Part shown: positions 22,585 to 33,500 of the stretch, in pieces
Layout: the number at the start of each line of letters is the position of its first letter
Numbering within the stretch: the first letter of the stretch is position 1
Origin: Neophaeotheca triangularis
Lineage: Eukaryota
NCBI GenBank assembly: GCA_054600435.1
Contig: BAAIJX010000015.1
Coordinates: 186,001-250,000 of the forward strand
Length of the DNA stretch: 64,000 bases
Direction of reading: 5' to 3'
Program-made: the position numbers and the translations under genes
Notes under the pieces: generated by a model
The model's input: the letters and a program-made list of their open reading frames with translations, nothing else
Database searches by the model: none
Told to the model about the DNA's origin: nothing

Positions 22585-24084
22585 ATGGCGAATCTCTACG
22601 CGACGAAGTCCCTAGGCAGGACGTGGACGCCGTCTCTGCGTTCGGACACCGCGAAACAAGGCCGTTTCGACTTAGGCTCCGGACGCGACGTGTGCTGGTC
22701 CCGTGTCTGGAGAGGCAAAGCCGCTGAAAGGTTGGCCCTAGCTGCTTTGCTAGTACTTGGAGGACTCTACCTCATTTTCGCCTCCCGGCCACCTGCCTCT
22801 GGCGATAGAGCTGGCGAAGATGAAGCAGGGAAAGCAGGGGTAGCTGGCTCGAGAGCCTATGGAATGGATACCTACCGATACGCTCCGTTTGAGCAGATGG
22901 ACTGGTCGCAGTATGCTTATTCCACTTACGCAACGAGCCCGACGCATCTCTGCAACTCATTGGTGTTGCTGTCGAGCTTGCAGGAGGCGGGTAGCAAGGC
23001 AGACCGGGTCCTGCTATACCCGCGAAGATGGCAGATACAGGAGAAAATGGTGGATACCCTGGAGGCGACTGCAACGTATGCTGCTTTACCTCGGGCCACG
23101 GACGGCGAAGGGGATTGGACCAACACTCTGTTGCGCAAGGCGAGAGACGGGCTGGGTGCTAAGCTGATGCCTGTCGATATAATCTCATCGGCACCCGATA
23201 TCGCTCGAGCGCCCATCGAAGAAGAATCAGTCGATCACACGTGGGAAGCGGGCTTTACAAAGCTTCTAGCACTCAACATGACTCAGTATTCGCGAGTCCT
23301 CGCTATCGACACGGATGCTCTGCTTCGCAAGCACATGGATGACCTCTTCACGCTTCCTACAGAAGGCGCAGGCTGGACGATAGCAATGCCGAGGGCATAC
23401 TGGCTCAGCAACGACACCGAGGGCGCGCCGGGAGAGGGTACCACGCTCAGCTCGGGCCTTCTGCTCGCGCAGCCTTCCGAGAAGACTTTTAGTAGGGTGA
23501 GCAAAGCCTTCGACGAAAGAAAAGAGGGCGACTGGGACATGGAGATCTTGAACAAGCTATTCGGACGTACAGCGGCAGTGCTGCCCCACCGGCCCTACCT
23601 TCTACTATCGGGGGAGTTCAGAAGCCGAACACATACCGCATATCTGGGTGAGGAAGGGGAGGCCTGGGACGCAGACGGCGTGCTTGAAGAGGCACGGTAT
23701 GTGCATTTCAGCGACTGGCCCTTGGGGAAGCCTTGGGAACTGGAAGCCGCTTGGGCTCATGTATCTCGCGGAGAACCTACTTCAGTGAAAGAGCCAAAGG
23801 GGGTGACCAGGCAAGACATGAGCCTCGTGCAGCCGAAGTGTAGAATTGGGAGGAACGGAAAGCTGGAGTGCAGGGAGAGGGACGTCTGGAGGGAACTGTA
23901 TGAGCATTTCTGGGCTGAGAGGGCTCACGTGTGCGGGATAGAGTTTATGCGGTGGGAAAGAGATCAGAGACTTGGCTTCCCAGGTGCGGGAGAGGTGAAA
24001 CCTGTTGGGAATGTTCACGACGCTGCTAGCAGAGATCGAGATTCCAACATGCCTGGGAACGAAGATGCCTCTGCTGGTGTTTGA
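22585..24084 (+). CDS. GNT1: GT8-family glycosyltransferase, glucose N-acetyltransferase GNT1-like
   Basis: TM anchor, then DWSQYAYSTYATSPTHLCNS, WEAGFTKLLALNMTQYSRVLAIDTD (DxD), AMPRAYW, DMEILN and YVHFSDWPLGKPW. Confidence 0.85.
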   Translation: MANLYATKSLGRTWTPSLRSDTAKQGRFDLGSGRDVCWSRVWRGKAAERLALAALLVLGGLYLIFASRPPASGDRAGEDEAGKAGVAGSRAYGMDTYRYAPFEQMDWSQYAYSTYATSPTHLCNSLVLLSSLQEAGSKADRVLLYPRRWQIQEKMVDTLEATATYAALPRATDGEGDWTNTLLRKARDGLGAKLMPVDIISSAPDIARAPIEEESVDHTWEAGFTKLLALNMTQYSRVLAIDTDALLRKHMDDLFTLPTEGAGWTIAMPRAYWLSNDTEGAPGEGTTLSSGLLLAQPSEKTFSRVSKAFDERKEGDWDMEILNKLFGRTAAVLPHRPYLLLSGEFRSRTHTAYLGEEGEAWDADGVLEEARYVHFSDWPLGKPWELEAAWAHVSRGEPTSVKEPKGVTRQDMSLVQPKCRIGRNGKLECRERDVWRELYEHFWAERAHVCGIEFMRWERDQRLGFPGAGEVKPVGNVHDAASRDRDSNMPGNEDASAGV

Positions 24085-24119
24085 TACCAGCTATGAATTG
24101 CCATACACGCTTCCTTTTT

Positions 24120-25530
24120 TCACTTCTTCCCAAAGAAAGACATGATGTTTCCTTGGCCCGGTTTGCCTCCCTTCTTGCTGGCTGCACCCTTCGCAGTGGA
24201 GGCCGCAGGTTGCATTTTGGGCTTCTTCGGAGCTGGCTCTTCTTCCGAGAAAGACTCCCAAGCCGCCTCTTCTCTTGTGACTATATCGAATTATTAGCAT
24301 AATAGACCAAATACCAGAATAGAAGAAACACATACCAAGATATCCCTCTTCATCCTTGACCGTCTTTTTCTTCATCACTCGTCTCCGTCCCCTCCTTCGA
24401 CCGCCTTCAACAGTGACCGACTCTTTCTGGTTGTCCGTATTCTCCCCACTTGGCTGCGAGTCTTCCTTGGCCTCCGTAGGCTTGTCAAGCGCTCCTTCAT
24501 CCGCAGCGTCTTCCATCGGTTCATCTTCGTCTTCTTGATCCATCATAGCTTGTAGGTCCGCTTCTCTCTCCTTCTTGGACTTGCCGCCGGGCACCTTGGC
24601 AGGCTCTTCCTCTTCCTCAGCTGCCCCATCATCAGCCTCATCCTCTGACATGCCCTGCATAGGCTCATCTTCAGCATGTGGAGCTGGAGAAGCGGAGGCA
24701 GAGGTAGCAGAGTGGCTCGAGTCCTGCCTTTTTGGCTTATCCTTGGCTTTGGCAAAAGACTTGAACAAGCTTGAGCTTTCCCGCTTGACGTTGGCGGGTT
24801 TCTTCGCTGCGGGCTTGGAGGTCTCTTTCTCGGGCTCCGGAGTGGCTTTGCTGTCGGAATCTGTATCTCTAACGGAGGGCTTTTGCATTGCTATTCCTTT
24901 GGAGGTGGGGGCGACTGCGGCCGCCTTGGTCTTCTCGTCCTTGACTGGCGGTGGGGCAGGGGCGGCGGTTTTTCTCGTTCTTCGCCTGGCGAGCGGGTTC
25001 TGAATGACACCGTATTGTCTCCAGTCTTTCAGAGGGTCTTCCGAGGCATATTCAGCAGCGATTTGGCGGTTGCACTCGGTCAGGACCTGGAGATCGCCGA
25101 GCCCAACCTCCAAGGTGTAAATATGCAACCCGGTGATGCTTTCGAATGTGGCCTGAGCCTGCTCTACATGCTCCTCCCTAGCCAGCATGATGCCTCTGAC
25201 GAGTGCCGGCGACTCCTCGCCGTCTTCTTGCAGTGGTATCGAGCTGCCCGGAATGGGAGGGCTACTCTGCATGACCGTGTCCTCCCCATCCTGCTGCGGC
25301 GCTGGCTTTTGCAGTTCTGACCTTTGCTCGGGTGTTTTCAGTCCTGAAATGAGATAGGTGGCGTGGACGCTGCCCGGCTTCTTGACGTTCTGTTTGCGAT
25401 GGAACTCGTACAGCATCTGCTTTGCCAGATTGCAGTGCACCTTCAAAGCCCGGCTCAAGGTGCGATAGCTGACGACTCGTTGCTCATTCAGCACATTGAC
25501 GGCCAGATACTCGGCGTAGTCCTGGGCCAT
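24120..25530 (-). CDS. POL32: DNA polymerase delta subunit 3 (Pol32/Cdc27)
   Basis: N-terminal winged-helix segment VSYRTLSRALKVHCNLAKQMLYEF. Intron 24335-24281 restores DEEGYLVTREE..WESFSE and a C-terminal PIP box QGNIMSFFGKK; stop at 24122-24120. Confidence 0.92.
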
Positions 25531-25627
25531 GTCGATGTACGCCGTGTGGTTTAGTGTTTGATTTGTTGTTTCGCTCTCAAAGTGTTTTCAGGCTGTCTGA
25601 AGTAACAGCACTACTATCGTTTGGAAG

Positions 25628-25643
25628 ACGCGCACTGACGCGT
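25628..25643. promoter_or_regulatory. Paired MCB (ACGCG/ACGCGT) elements in the POL32/TBCD divergent promoter
   Basis: ACGCG at 25628-25632 and ACGCGT at 25638-25643, about 100 bp upstream of a replication gene. Confidence 0.6.
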
Positions 25644-25797
25644 GACTTTCGCAAGGTACAAGTACGTGTAACATGTTTCTGGCCTCAGGCATACTTGAAC
25701 ATCACCTCCTCATACCGCCGCCCTCCAGCCCTGATCTGCTCGCAAATGCATCTTCGCCCTTTAATACTTCCTCAAAACCCGTCATACCCAATTCGGC

Positions 25798-28700
25798 ATG
25801 GCGACAGTTGATGAGGATGAAGATGAACTGCTCTTGGTGAAGGCATCTCAGACGCTCCTAGCAGAGCTGGAAGATGGTATACCGAAACTGTTGTGGAAGC
25901 CTTCCAAGTCCGGCGTTGGCTATGGTAAGGTGCACACCAGGGTCAAGTCTCGCCAACTGGCGCGAGTGACTGGCACGGTAAGGTAAGCAATTCTGCAATG
26001 CAAATATGCTACGAATCTGCTAACGCCCAAGGATAGATAGATCAGTTCCAAGGAGATCCTCAGCTCCTCGACACATGGCTTAAGCAGCTCGTGCCGCCGG
26101 TGGTAGACGCTTATCTTCAAGCCTTGTCTTCACGCCAACGCAAATGTTCCGGTGACCATGTAGATCTGCAGACTGCCGCCTGCAACATCCTCTACACTTT
26201 TTGCAAAGTCAGGGGCCCAAAGGTGATTACAGGCTTCTTGAACAACGAGCCTCAGCATCTCGAACCAGTTCTCGAGGCGCTAGAAGGTACCCTTTGTTCC
26301 GATGGTACCGCTGAGGGCGACTGGCGCGTACCCTACATTCTGTTGCTCTGGCTGTCGCATCTGCTGCTTGCGCCCTTTGATCTGTCCACCATTTCCACGC
26401 GGGCTGGCGCAACCTCTGACTTTTGGCAAGACAAAGTTGTCGTCTACTTGCCACCGTTAGTAAAACGTGTCCTTCGAGTTGCCTTCGTATATCTACCCTC
26501 GTCTACAAAGGCGCAAGATGCGGCAGCGGCGATGCTCGTTCGATTAGTGGCCAGACCAGACATGCAAAAGCTTCGACTTGCCGACTCGGTCACGACTTAT
26601 GCACTCACTGCATTGAGCAACGATGCCTCGGACGTACCGAGGGACATGTACGAGCGTATCGGACCTTTACGCTTCTTGGCTGGTGTTGCAACCTCTGCCG
26701 ATCTTTCTTACTTGGTGCCGAACATATACAAGACTTGCGAGACGCTCGCGAACACTGACCATAGCACACACTTTACCTCCAACGCTGTAGCCAAGAAGTT
26801 GCTCGTCAAAGTACTTCGCAACGTCGCTCTCTTGGCGTTGCGCTCAGCATCTACGCCCTCTGAACTCACCTTCCTTCTTGAAGAAGGGGGTCTCTTGGAG
26901 GAAGTTATCGACTACTTGTTGCGCTCTTTGGGTGACAGGGACACGCCTGTGCGGTATGCAGCTGCCAAAGCAATCAGTCTCGTTGTTCTGGAGCTAGATC
27001 CGGAGATGGGTCACCAGATTATTCAAGCCTTGCTCGACGAATTCAAAGCAGACGCTAGCCTTGGATTCCAGAGCGCCGATGCCTTGAAATGGCATGGTCT
27101 TACACTCGCAATGTCGCATACTCTTTTCAAACGCTCGGCGGCTGTGGAACAACTCCCAGACATCCTCAACAGTCTCACGATGGCTCTCAACTTCGAGCAA
27201 CGAACCTCCACCGGCAGTGCTGTGGGAACGAACGTTCGAGATGCGGCCTGCTTCGGGATCTGGTCAGTGTCTCGCAGGTACACTACAGACGAACTGCTAG
27301 CTGTGGACGTTAGCGCTCTCGACTTCCTTGACAACAAGGAACGAGATGCTACTGTAATACAGATTCTGGCGATCCAATTACTTCAATCCGCCTGCCTTGA
27401 TCCGGCAGGCAATATCCGAAGAGGCTCCTCGGCGGCGTTACAAGAGCTAATCGGTCGACATCCGAACAACGTGCATGAAGGCATTGCTTTGGTTCAGATA
27501 GTCGACTATCAAGCCGTCGGCCTACGTAGGCGTGCAATGATTGACGTTGCAGAGAAAGCATCAGCGCTCGATGCCATGTACTGGATTGCTTTAGTGGGTG
27601 GCACTGTTGCCTGGCGGGGTCTGGGGTCCCCTGATGTTTCATCCCGAGAGGCCGCTGCTGCATCCTTGGGTATGATGAGCACAAAAAGATTCTACGAGGG
27701 AAGCAAGTCTTCCGTCACGAATAACTTGTGGTCGAAATTAGCGGTTTGTGGTAAGAACGATACTGCGCTTCTCCATGGGATATTGCTCGCTTTCGCCATG
27801 GTCCTGCAGCACATTACGTCTCCCTCAATTCGGCCTTCTGCAAAGCGCTCCTGGCTGTCGCAGACCGCGCGTAAAGAGCTATGGAAGATGCTCGACTCAC
27901 CAGCTGTCAAGAGCATTCTACACAGGGATTTCAACGCCTCGATCATCCGCGCGGAACTGCCAGCTGCTGCGGGAAAGCTAGTTGCAGAGCTGTCAAAGCT
28001 TGAGCTTCCGGCGTTGGAGCGACGCAACACGGGCTCAGAATATCACGTTGATGACGAGGAACACCACCCCGCCGTCTCATTCGACCTATCGCACGTAGAG
28101 ATGCTCCTTGAGCGGCTGCTTGCGAGGCACGAACAAACAATACTTGCCGTCATTGACCCCATCGTGAAGTCGCAACTGCAACTCAGGCGGGCATATGGTG
28201 CCGCATTGGGTTGCATAGGAGCGCAGGCATTGATTACGAAGGTAGCGGCCGACGGTATGAAAAGCATTCCACATGGCTCAGGCCGAGCGATTGCGCTTGG
28301 AGTGCTATCTACGCTCTACGACAATGATGCCGGAGTTGTAGGAGAAAAGGGAACAAACGCCATACTTACGATTTGCAAGCTTGCGAGTGCACCAACAATA
28401 GAATGGCGCATTGTCTGTCAACGGGCGTTGCTGAACAGCATCCAAACTGCTTCAAGGTGGACTCCTGAGGTCGGGAAGGCGATTGCTGACGCCGTGAGTG
28501 TTGGTTTGAACGACTACACCATCGACGAGCGCGGCGATGTCGGGTCGCTCGTGCGGATCAAGGCGTTAGCGACTGCGGAAGCTTTGTTAATTAGCGGTTT
28601 GGTCGATCCTACTACGGCGAACGGCATTGAGCTCAATGTCATCCAACTATCGTTTGAGAAGCTCGATCGGGTGCGGCTACCAGCAGCTCGGCTTCGCAAA

Positions 28701-29426
28701 GCTCACAGCAAAGAACTCGTGTACTTTGGCAATCTGGACGATGTTCCTAGCGTCTCCACTTATGAATACTTCGTCCAGGCAATTAAGCCTTTGGCTCAGG
28801 GCGATGAGGACGAAGACCAAAGAGCCACCGTCTTGGCTGGCCTGGTATCTTGCGCCGGCGTCGGCGCGGAGAACCTCCTCCAGGCCTCTCGCGCTGCGCT
28901 CACAGATGTTGTTGAAGCTCTGCCTCAAGCGAGGCTACTTTTGTTGATGAACAACATGACAAACCTCCTCCGCTGCTATTTACCTAACGCCCAAGTAGTA
29001 GCGAACAGCCCCTCGACATACAGCGCCATCTCCAACTCGGGCCGCGACATGCTGCATCCTACACTCGAGGTTATCGCTTACATCCTGACAACCAATGTCA
29101 CGCAACGGCTATCCTCAGGAGATTTCTCGTGGCGCAATCTCCTCTCGAACGTGCAAAAGGCCCACTACAAGTCTTCGGACATACCTCGATTGATGTCGTG
29201 TCTCTCGATCTATCATTCGATGCTCTCCTGCGACGCAGTAAGGGCAGACGTTTTGAAGAAGCTCTGCAGCATGCTCGCGACAAATCCTTATCCAAAGGTG
29301 CGGATCGCCGTGGCGGAAGTTTTGTGGAGTGGAACAGGCGTGGCGGAGTTGAAAGGCAGTGATTGGGGGAGCAAGGAGGCTAAAGAGTTGTCAAAGAGCG
29401 TTGGCGCAATAGTTATGAGCGGGTAG
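25798..29426 (+). CDS. TBCD: Tubulin-specific chaperone (cofactor) D
   Basis: Exon 1 25798-25977, intron to 26036, then IDQFQGDPQLLD. Motifs LYTFCKVRGPK, LLLWLSHL.LAPFDL, DTPVRYAAAK, VRDAACFGIW, NIRRGSSAALQELIGRH and DYTIDERGDVGSLVR. Confidence 0.92.
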
Positions 29427-30595
29427 ACTCGACGCATACGAGGCCCTGCACGGCGGGCGCAGGACTCTTTGGCATGAAACCAAATGACCAGGTGCTATCG
29501 ATTCGTTGAGACTGCGAAGCGCCGTTGAATTCGCTCCACCAGTTGCCCATACTGATTGAACCTTTCTAGAAATTACGGCCACTCTGCTATCTTGGCCACT
29601 AAATAAAGCATAGTTGTGAAAATCTACAGTTGCCAGCCCACCACTGTGCGACGATCAGTCTTGAATTATCGATCATTCACCGGGGTGCTCTGGAGGCAAC
29701 CAAGGTGAAAGAGAAGAGGACGGGTTTGTCGACTTTGCACAGCTAATGCACTTGAACCACTGATTTGGATGGAATGCAATGCTTCGAAGACATCGATTTG
29801 AGCCTGGAGCGTTGGCTGAACAACCGTGGGCATGTTCTGGCGTATGCAAAGCTCCTCCGACTCTGACCATTAAGTCGTGTAGCTTGGATTAGGGGTATTT
29901 GCGCGGTTCACATGCAATAAGAGAATGCTGTTTCGATGGCAGTCTGGCCGCAAAAAACTTTTCCGCTTGTGGGGACATTAGCGGCGCAGTCAGTATACCA
30001 GTATGTATCGGAATGGTAAGCGACAAGTGCCTGCAATTTGAGAGGTCGTTTTGGAGAATGAACTGTGTTCTCAAGGTCTCAAAGATCTATGTTGCTTCTT
30101 TGTCTGATAATAAGGTAGCAACAAGTCAATTCAGCTAACCGTGCTTGATCACAAACCGCTCATGACTAGACAAGGTAGGTGGCAAGTAACTAGCGTCCTT
30201 CTGCCAGTCTTTCAATCACGTGTATTCAGCATGCATTTACACCAACAAGGAAATAGCAAGCTACGTGTGGGCTGTCGAATATAGGTCGCTGCTCTTTGCA
30301 AGGGATCACACATAGATAGAGCCACAATCATGGCAAGTGAACAAACCACAGGCTACACAGGTCGTGCATGGAGGACAGTGAGAGCAAGCATTCTTCATGG
30401 TAGTAGCATTTGGGTATCAATTTCAGCTTCATAGACATGGCCCGCCAGCCAGCGAGAGTCCCGGATCCAGCCTGTTCGCAAGGCTCGTATCAGGTCTCCT
30501 TCACACGTGCGCCTATCCCAGAAAAGGAGCAATCAAGCGCCACCGACATGCATCCCTAAACCCAACTCCGGTTGATGCGCTGCAAAAGCAGCAAA

Positions 30596-33500
30596 TCAAG
30601 GCTCGGCACTCACAGGATCCTGCCTGTACATTGCAGGTACCTTGGGCACGCCCGGCCTTGCTGGCCCATTACCCGCGCTCCTTGAACCACCTTCACCTCT
30701 AGAGCCACTGTTGGTCAGCCTTCGGAGTCCTTGTCGAAAGGCCTTGAAGCCGACTGGCTTGAAGGGCCCCTGAGGTCCCTGATTATCGTCGACCGTGTGC
30801 GCGCGGCTGATGTTCATGTCATCGTCAGAAAATGGTTCCGTCTCCGTTTCACCCTCGTCACCGGACACCACGGCAGATCCAGAATTGTTGTCGTTCTTGG
30901 GGATTCGAGGCCTCGGTGGCTTGGAGGCCATGACGGGGGAAGTTACAGATCGGTTGTGCAAGCCCGGACGAGAAGGTGGTAGGCCCGAGGCGGCAGCGTT
31001 GTGGGCAAAAGCACCTGGATTCATAATCGCCGGTTGCTGTTGCGAAGTCGGGTAGCGCATCTCGGCAAAGCCTGTCTGAAAAGACGTCACGCTTGCGTTG
31101 CGTTTGAGAGAACGATGGAGGATGGGCAAAGCCTGCTGATCGTACAAATGCTCTCGCTCTTCAACCAGGCTAGGGTACCGTGGCGCACCATCCTGCTCGA
31201 GAGGCGACGTTGTGTCTGATTCTTCGTCGAAAAAATCGTCTAGGCTATCGAGCTTCATCGCCAGGTCTCCCATGTTTCCGTCGAGACGCATATCATCTGA
31301 TTGTATTGTCGCAGCGTGTTCGCCAAAATAAGTATCCGTCTGGTACTCATCGTGCTCGAACGGAATCTCGGGAGTGGTCGTTGACGGCTGCGGGTCGCCG
31401 TTGCCATGTTCGGCCAATGTGTAAAACACTGCGTGCACGTTGCTCCTTGTCCGTGCAGAGTGTATTGCTGGCATGGGGATGGACCAGCCGGATTCCTCGG
31501 GGATGCCGTACAAGCTCTTGGTATTATCATACTCTTTCCTGGTAGCTCGACTTGTGTGCGACCCTGCCATGCTCATGCGCAAATGCTTGTTGTCCAACGG
31601 GGTGCCGGTCATGTCAATGACGTTGTCCAAAACCCCAAGAGCTTGCTGGCAATGCTCTGTCTGGAGCAGGCGCAGTAGAGGCGAGATAAGGTCGGGTCCT
31701 TGACTGGCAATTTCAGGCTTCCGCATGTCGGTGTCGGAAAGGATGACCGATAGAACTTGCATAGATTTGACCTTGAACCAGTCGGTCTGGTTGTTGACCA
31801 TACCGAGCAGGAAGACCAGACTGCTGAATTCCAGCGATGGAAAGAAAGCTGCTCGACAAGCGGCGATGGTGTGAGCCAGAAAATCTCTCTCGTTGCGGTA
31901 TCTCATCGTTGCGAAACCCCGCAATGCTTTGGCAATGTCGAACAAAGCCTGACCCTCAGCGGCGAAAGCTAGAGTGTCTGCTGACTCAAAACAGCCTGCG
32001 TCTTCCAGAGGGTCGTTGAAATGTCGTAGGTACCGTGGCAGATTGGCGAGTATGGTGAATAGCAAGCGATCGTCCGCTCCAACGATGTCGTTCGAAGGGA
32101 ATTTGATCAGTCGCTCCATGACCTGCAGAGAACGGTAGGTGGATCGACTCGAACGGACGCCTTTGTAGATGAGAGCATGGACGCCGTAGAAGCCTCCTTC
32201 CCAGGTCGGCGGCTGTTTCCGCCGGAGCATATCGAGTGCTGCTGGATCACTGAGGTCCATTTTGCTCAACAGAAGCTGGAGCATGCTGAGACCTTCTTGA
32301 AATTCATTCTCAAATATCGTGTCGAGACAGGCGCAGGTTGTCCAGAAGAGCTGCCCATATTGCAGGAGCGCCATGGGTTCTAGCGCGTCAATGATGCTTC
32401 GTAAGGTTGTGAGGATTTCCAACGAGAAAACGAGGTAGTCGTGGTTCTCGTCGTCGGCAATGGTGTTGGACAGCCTCGCGAGCATATCTGCAAGCATCTG
32501 TTGATCCAGTGTAGTAGAGATGCAGCGGAATATCTGGAAAGACCTGCAAGCAACGTGTCTTACGGCACAAGACGTTGCCCACGCGAGAGTGACTTTGCCC
32601 CACTCCTCTCGAATGCCTGGATACGTAACTGAGAATATTCTCACTACTTCTTCAACGACGTAAGCCATGGGCTCGGATACCGCTAGACCATTTTCTTCAC
32701 CCGGCCGGATCTCGCTATCCGCGTACGACCAGGTGATCTTCTGGTCGTGACGCCTGACCGACTCGATGAAATCTTCGATAGACTTTTTGTCGGGCTTCGT
32801 GCTCCCTGGCTCGATTTTGGAAATGACTAATTCGTGGATCATATGTACCAACATCTCGCGCGCTTGATCTTGAACAATGCTGGTGTACTGGTCCCACTGC
32901 ACCAGAATAACTTGCAGCAGAGTGGGAACCGTGTCTGCAGGCAACTGGGTCGGCGACACGATGAGATCAACGAGCAAGATCATACTTAGCTGGCCAAGAG
33001 AAAGCCCGCTCTGTTTTGTGCCACTAGGTAAAGCTGTGGCAAGGTCGGCAATGTAGGGCAGACCAGCAGTGTCCTGAGGAGCATGAATCGGAGGCTTTCG
33101 TTCTGCGACCATAGTTCTGGGGCAGATCTGCAAGAGCAGGTATTCTACCACCTTGGCGCCAGCCGGCGTGCTCGACAGGAAAACGACAATCTGTTTGGCG
33201 TAAATGACGAAGTTCTGCTCTTTTTTGTCGAGGCAGACGGCTATGATGAACTCGAGTACAAGTTGCACGTTGCCTCCGTATGGGCCTGTCGCCAAAGCTT
33301 GCCACAAGGCCTGGATCTCATTGTGGAGTGTGATGCTGCTCTTGACAGTGATTTCGAAGAGGTTCACCAGAAGCATGTAAGAAGTTGGCGTGGGGCCGCC
33401 ATTGGGATCCAACTGTAGCTCAATTGTTTGAATCCAAGGCAGCATGCCAGAAACCATGTTGCGCTGATGATCTGGCTGGAGCTCGTTGAAGTATGCCGAG

